From positions 14,136,001-14,200,000 of the forward strand of contig NC_043016.1 in assembly GCF_006345805.1 (NCBI RefSeq): 64,000 nucleotides of DNA, given 5' to 3'. This document shows positions 62,691 to 64,000 of the stretch, one piece after another (positions within the stretch are counted from its first letter, which is position 1; every line of letters starts with the position of its first letter). The DNA comes from Octopus sinensis. Its lineage: Eukaryota. A program made the translations under genes and the position numbers. Under the pieces are notes generated by a model. That model did no database searches. It was given only the letters and a program-made list of their open reading frames with translations, and was not told where the DNA came from.

Positions 62691-64000
62691 TCTGCTCCTG
62701 TGTGCAGGTCGCTTACAAGGCAGACCTCACTCAAGCGCAGCGGGGAATCCCAACAGCGGACCCGGGGCAAATTGGCCGCACATCAGGACCCCTACTTTCG
62801 GTGACTGCAACTTTTACAACTGAGTCAAGCAATTTTTTTATTCTCTCTAAGGCATTTATTTTATCCATTTCTATAATGCTGCTGCACTGGTCACTGACAC
62901 AATCATACATAAAGATACAGAAATACACACACGTATCTAACTTATAATATGTACCAGAAAAAACGAAAATTCTATAGTAGTAAAAAGGAATATTGCAGAC
63001 ACTTGAGCTAAGATTCAGCGTTACCAGCTATATTCCATGTATAGTATAAGCTTTTAAAATTTCATGAATTCACATTTTGTAAGATAAAATCTCCCAATAT
63101 GATATGATGATTTAAAATATTTCCTTTAAAGTCTAAGGACTTTAGAAGACATCTTTGAGTGTTTGACGTATAGCACTAATTATTTCTAGCTTTTTTTATT
63201 TTTCTCGATATAATCCTGAGCAAACCTGAAAAAAACATTAAAGATTACAATTAATTATTTGGATAATATTTATTTTCCTTAATTTTCTTTTGAGCCATGT
63301 ATTATACATATTTCTATGCACAAACATTATTACAAGTCAACTAACTAAAAAATGTCTACTAAAATCTATTTCTGTGTTTTTGAAATATTTACATTGAAAT
63401 GTAATTGGAAGAATAAAATTTACATATGACAGCTCAGGCTATTGGATGTATATTATACATGGCTGGTCACAATACTCTTCTTTGCACTGTTGTAGTTTTC
63501 AAATGATGTCACCTTGTTGGCCAGGTAAGCAGGCCAACATTCCTCCAAAATAGAGCACTAGTTCATCACAGGGTGACCCAGTTACAGCTGAGTGGACTGG
63601 AGCAACATGAAAGGAAATGTTTTGCTCAAGAACAGAATGCACTGCTGGTTTTGGAATCAATACCATAATCTTGCAATCATGAGTGCAACACCCTAACCAC
63701 TAAATCATTCAGGAGTGTAATTATGGGAAAATAGTGTATTCAATTTCGTTTTTGTATTTGGTTTGCAAGATTCTTTATGTGAATTTGTGTGTTGAAGAAT
63801 ATTTTATTGTCTGGGAAGAGTCATTCTCTTTTAGTGTCTTATTAATTTAACACACTCACCGGTCTGATTTCCATTCATTAAATTATTTATTTTTTCTAAC
63901 ATTTTCATTGTGTCTTGCGACCTTTTTAATAGCTTATTCAATTAAAACCATTCTTTCCTAAAAGTATAATATGTTTTAGCACACAAGACCCATTAATAAA

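Noticed and set aside
62435-62770. 111-aa ORF
   Set aside because: Chance fusion of three unrelated pieces: the GC island, a Tc1 fragment and an RTE RT fragment.

Overview
AT-rich, repeat-dense eukaryotic DNA, most likely from an octopus or other coleoid cephalopod; this is inferred from the SINE/LINE families and the (TA)n, (CAT)n and (GA)n microsatellites. One 100-N assembly gap lies at 14783-14882. Two host genes converge tail-to-tail. (1) The 3' part of a + strand WD40-repeat gene of the WDR49/CFAP337/WDY family: 9 exons reconstructed between 750 and 25055, with one expected WD exon missing and a GC-AG last intron. (2) A - strand BTBD3/BTBD6 orthologue (BTB-BACK-PHR, 495 aa; coding exons 33861-34318 and 31504-32533), with a candidate promoter and non-coding first exon in a CpG-rich zone near 49.2-49.5 kb. 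The rest is mostly transposon debris: tRNA-derived SINEs, RTE and CR1-like LINE pieces, Penelope-like (PLE) RT/GIY-YIG remnants, a full-length decayed mariner, MITEs, and hAT, Tc1/maT and Helitron fragments. The most notable signal is a set of minimal type-I hammerhead ribozyme motifs with palindromic stem III. Three of them sit in 420-650 bp non-coding fold-back (long inverted repeat) elements of unrelated sequence (5.1-5.7 kb, 41.5-41.9 kb, 59.3-59.7 kb), resembling non-autonomous PLE/retrozyme-like retroelements. All structures and translations were read by eye; no database search or folding program was run.
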